A stretch of DNA of 64,000 nt. It comes from an uncultured Acidobacteriaceae bacterium. GTDB taxonomy: Bacteria; Acidobacteriota; Terriglobia; Terriglobales; Acidobacteriaceae. The position numbers were made by a program, and so were the translations under genes. Below, one piece after another: positions 9,173-18,580 of the stretch (the stretch's first letter is position 1; every line of letters begins with the position of its first letter). The notes beneath the pieces are model-generated. The model ran no database searches. It saw nothing but the letters and a program-made list of their open reading frames with translations, and was not told the DNA's origin. The stretch lies in assembly GCA_963745725.1 (NCBI GenBank), contig CAVUYJ010000002.1, forward strand, positions 21,964 to 85,963, read 5' to 3'.

Positions 9173-9530
9173 GGCTTCGCTTATAAAGTCGCTGCGGACC
9201 GCGGGACTTTCGGTATGTGCAATTCTTCTCACGCTTGGACTTGCGCTTTGCGCCCAACATGCTTACTTGTACGGCCAGGACAAGTCTGGATTTCCAGATG
9301 GCCGCGACGCTGTTCAGGCCGCAGCAGGTAGTCACAAAGTCGTATTTGAGAACGCGTTCATTCGCACCGTCTATGTCACCCTGCCCCCGGCTGGCTCATC
9401 CGAACCCATGCACACCCACCGTTGGCCTAGTGTATTCCTAAGGTACGAATTCGTTCTCGACCACCCGCACGTGGCGTCGAGGTTTCTATCGCTCCCCTGC
9501 GTTTGCAGCAGAACCCTTCGCAGCGGATGA
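9171..9530 (+). pseudogene. possible truncated secreted cupin-like protein
   Basis: Signal-peptide-like N-terminus (LSVCAILLTLGLALCAQ) and the segment KVVFENAFIRTVYVTLPPAGSSEPMHTHRWPSV resemble small cupin proteins. The sequence then degenerates and overlaps the 3' end of the yihY-family gene. No other frame continues it. Confidence 0.3.
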
Positions 9531-10388
9531 ATCGGCGCGCCCGGTTTCAGCTTTTTGAATCTCGGAGTTCATTTCGCCCCCGATCAGTAGGGCTCCGTTG
9601 CTGGCATAGAGCCACAGCAGAAGCATCACGACTCCGTTCAATGGTCCATAACTGCGAGCGTAGTCGTTTATGTGATCGAAGTAGATGTGCGCGGCGAAGG
9701 TGGAGGCGAGCCACAGAATCAGCGCGCAGACTGCGCCGGGTGTGCTCCAGCGCAGTGCGTGGGGGCGGAGGCAGGGTGCAAAGCGATAAAGCACCACCAG
9801 GAAGAACGAGAGCGAGACCGACAGGGTTAGCCATTCCAGGGCTCGGAGGAAGAGCGTGCCGCCATGAAAATGAGCCTGCAGATAAGCGCTGCAGAAAATA
9901 AGCAGCAGTGCGATCGCGGCAGTCACCGCCATGCAGGCAGTCAGGACGACGATGGTAACCGTCAGGTTCCACCAGGAGCGCTGCTCCTCGACCTCGTAGG
10001 CGCGGTTGAGACCATAAATCATGGCCCAGGTGCCGTTATGCGCGGCCCACACAGCTGCGGCGCATACCGAAAGAAGTCGAAGACCGAAACGAGGACGCTC
10101 GCTGAAGTTGCTAAACATTCCCTGAAAGAGCTGCGAAACCCGAGTGGGGAATAACTGAGCGCAGAGGTCGCGGAGCGAGCCCTTGAGATGATCGCTGAGA
10201 TCAGGAAGGTGTGTGACCAGGATGAAACCAACCAGAAGAGAGGGAAAGATCGCCAGAAACTGGTAGAACGCCATGCGTCCGCCTTGCCCGAAAACCTCGT
10301 CCCGCCAGGATTCCCGGATGGTACGGCGAAGCAGCTCCGGGATGGAGAGACTGCCGAGCGTCCAAAGCTTGGGTATGCGATTCTGCAC
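9486..10388 (-). CDS. YihY/virulence factor BrkB family membrane protein
   Basis: 300 aa, 6 TM segments. Family-typical stretches are GGRMAFYQFLAIFPSLL and FFLVVLYRFAP...W.TPGAV. Confidence 0.85.
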   Translation of the reverse strand: MQNRIPKLWTLGSLSIPELLRRTIRESWRDEVFGQGGRMAFYQFLAIFPSLLVGFILVTHLPDLSDHLKGSLRDLCAQLFPTRVSQLFQGMFSNFSERPRFGLRLLSVCAAAVWAAHNGTWAMIYGLNRAYEVEEQRSWWNLTVTIVVLTACMAVTAAIALLLIFCSAYLQAHFHGGTLFLRALEWLTLSVSLSFFLVVLYRFAPCLRPHALRWSTPGAVCALILWLASTFAAHIYFDHINDYARSYGPLNGVVMLLLWLYASNGALLIGGEMNSEIQKAETGRADSSAAKGSAANAGER

Positions 10389-10600
10389 CTGGTGTCAGTT
10401 TAGGGCAAACGACGTCGACTCCATGATTGATCTTGAATTCAGGAAAGCACCCCTGACGCTCGACGCGGCGAATACCAGCATCAGCGGTAATTTTTCGTTA
10501 AAAGGACTGGGCAACTGTGCTGCTCCGCGCGAACCTGGCGGCCAGCTCGATTCCTGCGAACAGTTACGGAGAACTGGCTCTGACGGTGGTGGCACCCGGG

Positions 10601-11228
10601 CCAAACCCGAAAGTAACCTCTGGCCTTGTACCCCTGTGCCGAAAAGAATCGTCCAGCCATTTACATCTAACTCGGAAAAGCTTTATCTCTTAAGGTAGAC
10701 GATATCGGCAGGCGACGGCTCCTCACGCAACCGCGCCCTGGCCGGCAGTTGCCTGCAGTTTCGGCCTTCCGCGTGAGCCAAGGATAGTTTCACCACTATC
10801 CGGTGTCTCAACCTATCCCTGTCACAAATAACCAACAACAGCCACGGTTGCCTACCGCGGTTCTCAACCCTTTCCGTCACGAACACAGCAGCAGACAAAA
10901 TCATCCCAATCTCCAGCAAACCGAGGAACGAGACGACCTATGCCCAAAAAAAACTGCCTGCCCGCGGTGCCGCAGGTCACCGATCCCATCACCGATCAGG
11001 AAATCGCCTTTGCTCACCTGATCCTTTCCCGAACCAAACCAGCCCTCTCAATCCCTATCAAGCCCGAAGCCCTGAACCGCGTTCCCGCCGCAACCGGCAT
11101 GATTTTTGACGCCGTCCTGGATAGAGCCAACCCCATCAGGCTGTCCTTCTCCCCAAACGGACGCTTCTCTGGGCGGCGGCGCTGAAGCCATAAAAAGACC
11201 AAATTTTATCGAATTTTATGAAATATCG
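10601..11228 (-). repeat. conserved intergenic element, copy 1 (candidate structured sRNA), interrupted by a 291-nt insert at 10890-11180
   Basis: 10601-10889 and 11181-11228 align with 21101-21424 at roughly 85-90% by eye. Strand assigned from GNRA loop and G-U wobble arguments (see findings). Confidence 0.6.
10940..11185 (+). CDS. hypothetical 81-aa ORF inside the insert (doubtful)
   Basis: A GAGGAACGAG box lies upstream of the ATG. The stop codon is supplied by the flanking repeat, so this may be a gene fragment. No family recognised. Confidence 0.25.
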   Translation: MPKKNCLPAVPQVTDPITDQEIAFAHLILSRTKPALSIPIKPEALNRVPAATGMIFDAVLDRANPIRLSFSPNGRFSGRRR

Positions 11229-11278
11229 AGGTGACTGATCACATGAGCACCTGCGAATTGTCGCTATCGCCGCGAAAT

Positions 11279-13109
11279 TCACTGCACGGAAAAAGCCAGG
11301 AGCACATTTCCCGCCATGCCGCCCCATTGGCCATAACCGGAGTTGACGAATATCATGCCTTCAACGACTGCCGGGCCGGCGGCGTCCATCGAGCCGCCAT
11401 TCCCGGTTTTGCCATCTACCGTAGAAAAGTTGCGCGCGGTATCCGTATCCCATAGGACAGTCCCCGAGGATGCCGAGTAAGCGCGCAGGTGGCCGTCGAC
11501 CGAACCGGAGAAGACCACACCTGGAATCGCGGTAACAGCGGCAGATTGCGCTGGCGAACAGCCCGTTCGGGAGGGGTCGCAGGGGACCGGCGCCGCGTTC
11601 CAAACGATCTTGCCCGTATGAGCGTCAAGGGCGTAGAGTCCGCCTCCCTTGTGAGGATCCAGAACGAGCCGATAGCCCTTGGGCGATTTCGGATCTATCA
11701 CCACGCTCATTGCAAGATCGGATATAGCGACATAGACCCTTGCCCCATCCGACGCCGAACCCCACTGGCTGCCGCCTAATAATCCGCCTTTGCCTACCCG
11801 CGTCTGCCAGAGCAGTTTGCCTTGTGCGTCGGGATCGAGGCTATAAGCCATGCCGGACTTTTGCGCGATCACCAAAGCTCGTTTGCCGGCACCCAAGCTG
11901 AGGAGGATCGGCGGCTGGCCGAAGTCGGAGTCAGGACCGTGCGTCGCAGGGCAATTACCAGGCGTGGGCATAGAGCATGCGCTGTTGTAAACGTCGTTCC
12001 TGGTAAGTTGAGCTGACCACAGGAGCTTGCCGGTTTTGAGATCCATGGCAAGAACAGCGTCGCTCGTCCTGGTTGGTGGGTCTGAATAATTGTCCCCGGT
12101 GGCCACGTAAAGAGCGTCCCTTTGCTCATCGATGGTTGGGGTTGCCCAGACGCCGGCTCCAGATGGGCCGTATTGCTGCTTGCCTGCTGGACTGATAACC
12201 GTGGGCTTGGCGGCATCTGCGATGGTGTAGGTTTGCCACAACTTATCGCCGTTAGCGGCATTGAGGGCCACCACGCTGCCACGAAAATTGCAGCACTCGT
12301 AATTGGGATCGGCGCCGGCTGTTTCTTCGAAAGAAGAGAATGCCTGGTACAGCACGCCCTTGTGGTAGCGGGGAGTTGCCGTCGCCAGCGAGGCGAAATG
12401 ATCGACGGGACGAACCTTCCAGATCAACTTGCCCGTTTGCGCGTTCAGCGCATACACATTTGCGGCGGTATCCGCGAAGAAGACCGCGGGTGTGCCGGCG
12501 GCGTCACCGATGGCAGCACCGCCACGGATAGCGGAAGCGGCCCGGAATCCCCACAGCGTACACCCGGAAACGGCATCAAGTGCGTAGAGTGTTCCGGTGG
12601 TGGAGCCGATGAACACGTATCGCCCGATAACGGCAGGCTGCGACCGCGCTAGCGTTACGTCGCCTAGACTGAAAGCCCACTTAAGCTTGAGTTTGCCCAG
12701 ATCGGCTGCGGTGAGGCCGGCGGAGGCGGCGTCCTGGAAACGCGAATTGGTAACCTGGGTGCTCCAGCCGTTCCATTCAGGTGTGTTTGCGTTAGCCGAA
12801 AACGCCGGTTGAGTTGCTGCACGTGGGCGTAACTGGAGTGGTGGCCGCGTGGGTGCCGCCGGTGGGCGCGATATAGCCGAGCAGGGCGATGATTTGAGCG
12901 CTGGAGAGGCCGTCTGCCTGAGTCTTCATCACGCCGCGCGTTAGAGCCAGGTAGATCGCTTCGCCGCTCATAGCTTTTATTGTGCTCATTGACGGAACAC
13001 GGGCCGCGGGCGTGTCATGGCAGGATGCGCAACGCTGCTTATAGATCGCGGCGCCATCTTGAGCCCACAGCGTTGAGGTGAACAGTGCAAACAGACACAC
13101 GTATCGCAT
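11279..13109 (-). pseudogene. cytochrome c-fused PQQ-type beta-propeller dehydrogenase (polyvinyl-alcohol-dehydrogenase-like); one frameshift at A4 run ~12799-12802
   Basis: Track ORF 12792..13109 has a signal peptide and haem motif CASCHD. The frame of ORF 11279..12616 stays open upstream to ~12925 and reads ...ANANTPEWNGWSTQVTNSRFQDAASAGLTAADLGKLKLKWAFSLGD, followed by repeated YALDA..G...W propeller motifs. Removing one base of the run joins the two parts. Confidence 0.7.
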
Positions 13110-13142
13110 GGCACTTCTCCAAGAGGTTTCGAGCGACCTCAG

Positions 13143-13817
13143 CTAAATGAAATTGCGCTTCCTGGACTGGAAGAAGAAAGCGACAACCACGATGAACACG
13201 ATCAATCCAATTTCCCCGGACAAGACCATAAAAGCCGCCGGATTCCAAACTACCGCCGGAGCACGCCAATTGGCTGTGAGAGACGGAGTGCGAGCCAGCA
13301 GATACCAGACGAACCAATAGGAGGAGTTGCAAACAACGCTGACCGCGATGAGCCAGCCCTCAGATTCTCCAACCAGCACCGTCGCGGAGATGAGGCAAAA
13401 AACGATCAAGGGCAGCATCGCGAGAATGAACAGCATCGGGATGATGCCGTGAGGCATCACGTGACTCGTCTCAATGAGAACCACCGCGGAGATCAGCAGC
13501 GCGAGCCAGGGGACCATGAACATGGCCGCCGTCGACAAAGCTTTCGCGATCGCGTACTGAACCGGGGATACGGGAAGGCTCATCACGAACGCCAACGTCT
13601 GTTTCTTCCGCTCGTTCAGGATGGCCGAGGCGGGCAGCATACTGCCGAGAATACACAGCGACACAAAGAACCACACGGTGCCGAGGAGACGAGCGGCACC
13701 TTCCGTGTACTGCGCGACCACCAATGCGATCAGGCCGACGCCAATGCAAACTGAGATGAGCGGGCGGTTGAGACGCCAATCCTTCAATATCAGATGACCG
13801 ATGACGGAGCTTGTCAC
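13143..13817 (-). CDS. ABC-2-type transporter permease
   Basis: 224 aa, 6 hydrophobic segments. Overlaps the upstream ATPase gene by 4 nt. Confidence 0.7.
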   Translation of the reverse strand: MTSSVIGHLILKDWRLNRPLISVCIGVGLIALVVAQYTEGAARLLGTVWFFVSLCILGSMLPASAILNERKKQTLAFVMSLPVSPVQYAIAKALSTAAMFMVPWLALLISAVVLIETSHVMPHGIIPMLFILAMLPLIVFCLISATVLVGESEGWLIAVSVVCNSSYWFVWYLLARTPSLTANWRAPAVVWNPAAFMVLSGEIGLIVFIVVVAFFFQSRKRNFI

Positions 13818-14722
13818 GCTTCCACCTCCTCGCGGCTGTGTTCCACGTTGGCGACGAAAATCTCTTCGAGCGTCATACTCTCAATGCTCTGAACCCGGAC
13901 GCCGGTGCTTTCATAGGCATGGGCAAGGTCGGGCAAAAAGTCGTTGGCCGTGGCGACTGCCAATCTTCCCTGCCGCTGCACGCCGACGATTCCGGGCAGC
14001 GGCGGCAATTCGATCCCCAAAGGGATCTCCAGACGCAGCCGCCGCCAACGGTCGAGGTAGGTCTCCTTGTCCATGGAGTCGATGATGCGCCCGCGATCAA
14101 TAAACGTGATTTGGTCGGAAATCTGTTCTACGTCTTGAGTGTTGTGCGACGAAAACAGAATACTGCGACCTTCATCGGCCATGACGTTGGTCAATTCGCG
14201 GAGAACCTCGTGACGCGCGACCGGGTCCAGGCCGGTCGTCGGCTCGTCGAGTACCAGCAGTTGGGGCTTTCGGGCCAGAACCAGGAGCAGCGTCGCTTTC
14301 ACGCGCTGGCCGTGGGAGAGACCTTTGATCTTCTGCTCCGCGTGCAAGCCAAAACGCTTGAGTAGAAGCTGTGCGTAGGAGGCGTCCCAGTTGGGATAAA
14401 TCGACTGCATGAATCTCATGTGCCAGGCAAGCGTCATGGACTCGTAAAGCCGCATGTCCTCTGAGGCGAAACCGATATCCCATTTGGCGCCGACCTGTTG
14501 GGCGGGCATGATGTGGCCGAGCACCCGAACTTCCCCTGCATCCTGGTGAACTAGGCCCATCAAGATGCGAATTGTGGTGGACTTGCCCGCACCATTCGCC
14601 CCGATGAGGCCCATGATTTGCCCCCGTGGCAGTTTCAAATTAATGTCTTCGAGCGTGAAGTAGCGATACTTTTTGCTGACTCCACTCAGTTCGACAGCGA
14701 GATCTGTGGTGAGATCATTCAT
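13814..14722 (-). CDS. ABC transporter ATP-binding protein
   Basis: Walker A GANGAGKST, signature LSHGQRVK, Walker B LLVLDEPTTGLD. Confidence 0.9.
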   Translation of the reverse strand: MNDLTTDLAVELSGVSKKYRYFTLEDINLKLPRGQIMGLIGANGAGKSTTIRILMGLVHQDAGEVRVLGHIMPAQQVGAKWDIGFASEDMRLYESMTLAWHMRFMQSIYPNWDASYAQLLLKRFGLHAEQKIKGLSHGQRVKATLLLVLARKPQLLVLDEPTTGLDPVARHEVLRELTNVMADEGRSILFSSHNTQDVEQISDQITFIDRGRIIDSMDKETYLDRWRRLRLEIPLGIELPPLPGIVGVQRQGRLAVATANDFLPDLAHAYESTGVRVQSIESMTLEEIFVANVEHSREEVEA

Positions 14723-15120
14723 ATGAGTTCCTTATCCTTCTCCGCTACCCGGTCTCCGGCTTCGCGCAACCGTTCTACCAGTCGTTTGGGGGGCATTCCC
14801 AGTTGCGACGCGATGCGAGCAGCCTGCTCTAAATGCTGTTCCAACTCCTGTTCGCGCAAGCGCGCACCCAAGCCCGGAGTAGACGCTACCTGTGAACGCT
14901 TGCCATGCTGGGTGACGATGACGCCTTCGCGTTCCAGTTCGTAATAGGCACGTTTTACGGTGATGACGCTTACCTGAAGATCGACGGCAAGTTGGCGGAT
15001 AGAAGGGATCGGCTGAGCTTCCGCCCAGTCACCAACCCTAATCCGTTCCTTGATTCGCTCCATGATCTGGAAGTACATGGGGCGCTTATCAGACTGCGAG
15101 AGTGTAAAGGTTCCGTACAT
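14719..15120 (-). CDS. GntR-family (YtrA-like) transcriptional regulator
   Basis: PMYFQIMERIKERIRVGDW...PSIRQLAVDLQVSVITVKRAYYELEREGVI is a GntR wHTH. Start set at the Met at 15120 inside track ORF 14719..15228. First gene of the GntR-ABC-permease operon. Confidence 0.8.
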   Translation of the reverse strand: MYGTFTLSQSDKRPMYFQIMERIKERIRVGDWAEAQPIPSIRQLAVDLQVSVITVKRAYYELEREGVIVTQHGKRSQVASTPGLGARLREQELEQHLEQAARIASQLGMPPKRLVERLREAGDRVAEKDKELI

Positions 15121-15270
15121 CTGTGTATAAACAGTATATACACCGGTCGGTGTGATTCCGTCAACCTGTTTTGTTCGCTTCAATACAGTGCCTACTCTTT
15201 GCCCGATCAGAGCCTGCTGTAACGTCAATTGGCATTCTGGGAGGAGCCTGTATGAGGTGAGCCAAAACGG

Positions 15271-16056
15271 GTTACATCAGATCGGTTGCGTGCAGAACCT
15301 GCAGCGCGTGGCTGTGATGGGAACCAACGACTTGCACTGGACACAGGTTTTTTCTGTAGGATCCGCTACCGGAGGTTTTCCCTTGAGCTGCCTCATGACG
15401 TAGTTCATGGGCACCACAATGACGAAGTACACGACGGCTGCTTGCAGCAAGAACGAGATCACGGAGTTGAGAAAGATGCCGTAGTTGATCTTGCCGCCAT
15501 GGATGTAAAGCACGAGCGCAGAGAAGTCCGGCTTGCCAACCAGGGATGCAATGAGCGGGGTGAGGACGTTCGTTACAAATGATGTGACGATTGCGGTGAA
15601 TGCAGCGCCGATGATCACTGCGACAGCGAGGTCAATTACATTGCCACGCATGATGAAATCACGGAAGCCTTTGATCATCTCGTTCTCCTCATTGGTGTGG
15701 AATCTTGAGTCGGGAAACGCAACAGCACTGTCCTTACCGCTAGAGTATGATCCATTGAGTCCTCACCCGGCTGGGCGCGTCTACATGCAGAAGTGCCAAA
15801 CGGCCATGGATCCCCGGCCCGCGCCGATCTCAAGGCATCGCCAGCCAGGCTGGACCAGCTGACGTCGTCTGCGAGAGAGCGGGTCGAAGATCTCTTCCAG
15901 GAGACCCAACCGATCGTCTTCGGCCTGTTGGCGCCCTCTTGCGTCGAGCCGGTAACCTGGCTCGAGACCCAGAGCTTCAGCGGCTCTGGATGTGCCCTCG
16001 CGTTCTACCATGGCGCAACCATACTCACTGACTTTCTCAGCGTCAAGGTACGGAGG
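15271..16056. repeat. segmental duplication, copy B
   Basis: Collinear with 7520-8044 plus 8849-9108. The junction lies between 15795 and 15796. Confidence 0.9.
15277..15678 (-). CDS. mscL: MscL with C-terminal CxxC-x10-CxxC ribbon (copy B)
   Basis: Identical to copy A except K127R and one synonymous change. Confidence 0.9.
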   Translation of the reverse strand: MIKGFRDFIMRGNVIDLAVAVIIGAAFTAIVTSFVTNVLTPLIASLVGKPDFSALVLYIHGGKINYGIFLNSVISFLLQAAVVYFVIVVPMNYVMRQLKGKPPVADPTEKTCVQCKSLVPITATRCRFCTQPI

Positions 16057-16059
16057 CAT
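15781..16059 (-). pseudogene. 5' remnant of the SAM methyltransferase at 8186-9172
   Basis: The 92-aa ORF matches the N-terminal part of the copy-A protein up to ...CLEIGAGRGSMAVW. It then runs into the deletion junction and stops. Confidence 0.75.
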
Positions 16060-16121
16060 GGATGTTCCTTAGCTCCCGCTGAAGAAAATCCAAACCACTC
16101 ACGCGAGAAGAAAAAGCAGTC

Positions 16122-16778
16122 CTACTCGAGCCCTCGTTCGACCATAAGCACCAGGCGTTCGCCCAGCGCAAGCACCGTCGCTTGCGGCATCCGGTGCAGC
16201 GGTCCTTCCAGCACCAGAAGTGCCAGCCCGTGCACTGTCGACCACGCAAGATACTCTGCGTCTTTGCGATTCTTTTTGCTGAGCAAGCCCGATTCCTGCA
16301 TGCGGTCCAGCGCCAGCGAAAGCAGTTGAAACGGATTCAGTCCCATGGATGCCGTGTTCGCCGGGTTTTGCTCATGGACAGCCGGTGGAACCGAGAAAGC
16401 TGTGCGAAACATCCCCGGCTCTCTCATCGCGAATCCCAGATAGCCCATCCCCACCGCACGGAGACTCTTGCGCGCAAACGCTTGCGGATCGCGTCCTGGA
16501 CGGCACTTTTTCATTTCATCTTCAATCGCCGCGGCGAGCTGGGAAAAACATGCCGATCGCACCGCGTCCAGCAGTTCTGCCTGGTTGGCAAAGTGCCGGT
16601 ATGCCGCATTGGGAGAAACACCCGCCTGCCGGGTTGCCTTTCGCAAAATGACTGTATTGGGTCCCCCGATACGCGCCATCTCAATGCCGGCAGCCAGGAG
16701 CGCGTTGCGCAGATCGCCATGACGAAAGGTCTTGCGTTTCGCAAGAGCGCGTTTCTCAAGGCTGACGGTCTTTTTCAT
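16122..16778 (-). CDS. TetR/AcrR-family transcriptional regulator
   Basis: The HTH region is LRKATRQAGVSPNAAYRHFANQAEL. Start taken at the Met at 16778. Confidence 0.85.
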   Translation of the reverse strand: MKKTVSLEKRALAKRKTFRHGDLRNALLAAGIEMARIGGPNTVILRKATRQAGVSPNAAYRHFANQAELLDAVRSACFSQLAAAIEDEMKKCRPGRDPQAFARKSLRAVGMGYLGFAMREPGMFRTAFSVPPAVHEQNPANTASMGLNPFQLLSLALDRMQESGLLSKKNRKDAEYLAWSTVHGLALLVLEGPLHRMPQATVLALGERLVLMVERGLE

Positions 16779-16898
16779 CGTCTGTTCAAAGAAGAGTGTA
16801 CCGCGGAAAGGGTCGCTTGTGGACGCCATCCACTTTCTGATAGTTTCTGTGGACAGTGTTTACATGATAGCGATGCCTCGCTAAAGGGACGGGACAAA

Positions 16899-17678
16899 AT
16901 GGCAGACGGATTCATCTGGTACGAACTCATAACCAATGACATCGACAAGGCAGTCAGCTTCTACAGCAAGGTAGTCGGGTGGGACGTCAAGGATGCCGGT
17001 ATGCCCGGCTTCACCTACATGCTCTTTGGTAAAGACGGCAAGGATGTCGGTGGCATGATGACTTGGACAGGCGCAGGCGCGCCTGACCTTCCCGCTCAGT
17101 GGGTAGGCCACATCCACACCGCAAAGCTGGACGAAGAGCTGAAGGCTGTGACAGCCGATGGCGGCACAATTGCGAAGCCTGCTCAGGACATCCCTGGTGT
17201 CGGCCGTTTCGCTGTTGTCCTGGACCCGCAAAAGGTGAAATACCTGCTCTTCGAACCCGGCAAGCAACGTGCTCAGCCTCGTTTGGATCAAATGGCGGTT
17301 GGGAATGTGGGGTGGCACGAACTGCTTACCGATGATCCAGCAAAGGCTTTCGATTATTACTCCAGGCACTACGGCTGGGAGAAGGATCGTGCGCATGACA
17401 TGGGACCCATGGGCATCTACCAAACTTTCCGCACCGACCAGCCCCTCTATACCGGCGGAATGATGGCTCGTACAGGCCCCGGCATGCCCGAAGGTATTCC
17501 GCCGCACTGGCAGTTCTACTTCACCGTCGACGACATCGAAGCTGCGCAGAAACGTGTGATCGATGCGGGCGGCGAAATAGTGCTACCTCCCATGGACGTC
17601 CCTGGGGGATCGCGCATCCTGCAGGCCACAGACGATCAGGGCGGCCACTTTGCTCTGATGCAGGGACCAAAATCGTAA
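16899..17678 (+). CDS. VOC (glyoxalase/bleomycin-resistance fold) family protein, two-domain
   Basis: Real start MADGFIWYELITNDIDKAVSFYSKVVGW at 16899. A second repeat reads VGWHELLTDDPAKAFDYYSRHYGW. The upstream part of track ORF 16182..17678 is antisense to the TetR gene. Confidence 0.85.
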   Translation: MADGFIWYELITNDIDKAVSFYSKVVGWDVKDAGMPGFTYMLFGKDGKDVGGMMTWTGAGAPDLPAQWVGHIHTAKLDEELKAVTADGGTIAKPAQDIPGVGRFAVVLDPQKVKYLLFEPGKQRAQPRLDQMAVGNVGWHELLTDDPAKAFDYYSRHYGWEKDRAHDMGPMGIYQTFRTDQPLYTGGMMARTGPGMPEGIPPHWQFYFTVDDIEAAQKRVIDAGGEIVLPPMDVPGGSRILQATDDQGGHFALMQGPKS

Positions 17679-17776
17679 CCGCGATGGACCCATGTTCAGT
17701 GCCGCCCTTCTTCGTACACAGAAGAACGGCAGCCGAATATACCTTGGAGTTCGAAAAGCTAAGAGGAGAGAGTGAG

Positions 17777-18262
17777 ATGTCCGAGAAGATGATGACCTGT
17801 CTGTGGTTCGACCATGGGAAAGCCCGCGAGGCGGCCGAATTTTATGCAGCCACGTTCCCCGACAGCCACGTCGGGAAGACTAGCGCCTCACCCACCGCCA
17901 CGCCATCCGGGCCTGAAGGCCAGGAGTTGACCGTTGAGTTCACCGTCTGCGGGCGCAAGTTCCTGGGCCTCAATGGCGGTCCGAACTTCGTCCCCAACGA
18001 AGCGGTCAGCTTCATCCTTCTCACCGAGGACCAAGCCGAGACCGACCGCCTGTGGAACGCCATCGTCAGCAACGGCGGCCGTGAAAGCATGTGCGGGTGG
18101 TGCAAGGATCGCTGGGGTTTTTCGTGGCAGATCACCCCGCGCGCGCTGCTGGCGGCGATGCAGGACCGGGATCGCGCCGCAGCCAAGCGCGCAATGAACG
18201 CGATGATGACGATGCGGAAGATCGACATTGCCACGATCGAGGCTGCGCGCGCGGCACGGTAG
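17777..18262 (+). CDS. VOC-family protein (PhnB / 3-demethylubiquinone methyltransferase-like domain)
   Basis: MSEKMMTCLWFDHGKAREAAEFYAATFPDS ... CGWCKDRWGFSWQI. A GAGGAGAG Shine-Dalgarno box lies 6 nt upstream. Confidence 0.8.
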   Translation: MSEKMMTCLWFDHGKAREAAEFYAATFPDSHVGKTSASPTATPSGPEGQELTVEFTVCGRKFLGLNGGPNFVPNEAVSFILLTEDQAETDRLWNAIVSNGGRESMCGWCKDRWGFSWQITPRALLAAMQDRDRAAAKRAMNAMMTMRKIDIATIEAARAAR

Positions 18263-18580
18263 AGCAGATCGTGACCGAAATTACTCCGGATCACTCAGAG
18301 CGGTCCGGCTATAGGTCATAGGGGATCGAAGGAAGAGATAGCCTGTTCGTGACCGGGCTCAAGCGCGAGCCCCATCCGTGGACCATCGACGCCCCCAAAA
18401 GTCCATATCCAGCCAAGGGGCTCCCGGCGCAGCGCCGCAGTGGATGCGGCAGAAGACCAACCCAAAGATTTACACCAAGATGGATGACTTGCGAAACAAA
18501 GGATTACTATGATTCCGTCGACGCATGCGCAACGCGTCTTCTTCGGCTGAGCGTCGTCCGAATCAATGAGCGGAGGTGGC

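Noticed and set aside
10940-11185. Similarity of ...TDQEIAFAHLILS... to phage terminase small-subunit N-termini, as a hint of a prophage remnant
   Set aside because: It rests on about 10 residues recalled from memory. No integrase, other phage genes or att-like direct repeats are nearby. Kept only as a low-confidence ORF.
11136-11327. Minus-strand ORFs 11136..11327 and 21279..21488 sharing the peptide RYFIKFDKIW.FYGFSA
   Set aside because: The shared peptide comes from the AT-rich box of the repeated element. Outside it, the two copies differ by non-triplet indels and the ORFs diverge completely, so the conservation is at the DNA/RNA level rather than the protein level.
16182-16898. N-terminal 239-aa extension of the 498-aa ORF 16182..17678
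   Set aside because: This part is antisense to the TetR gene and has no motifs. The VOC protein starts at the Met at 16899, directly where family similarity begins.
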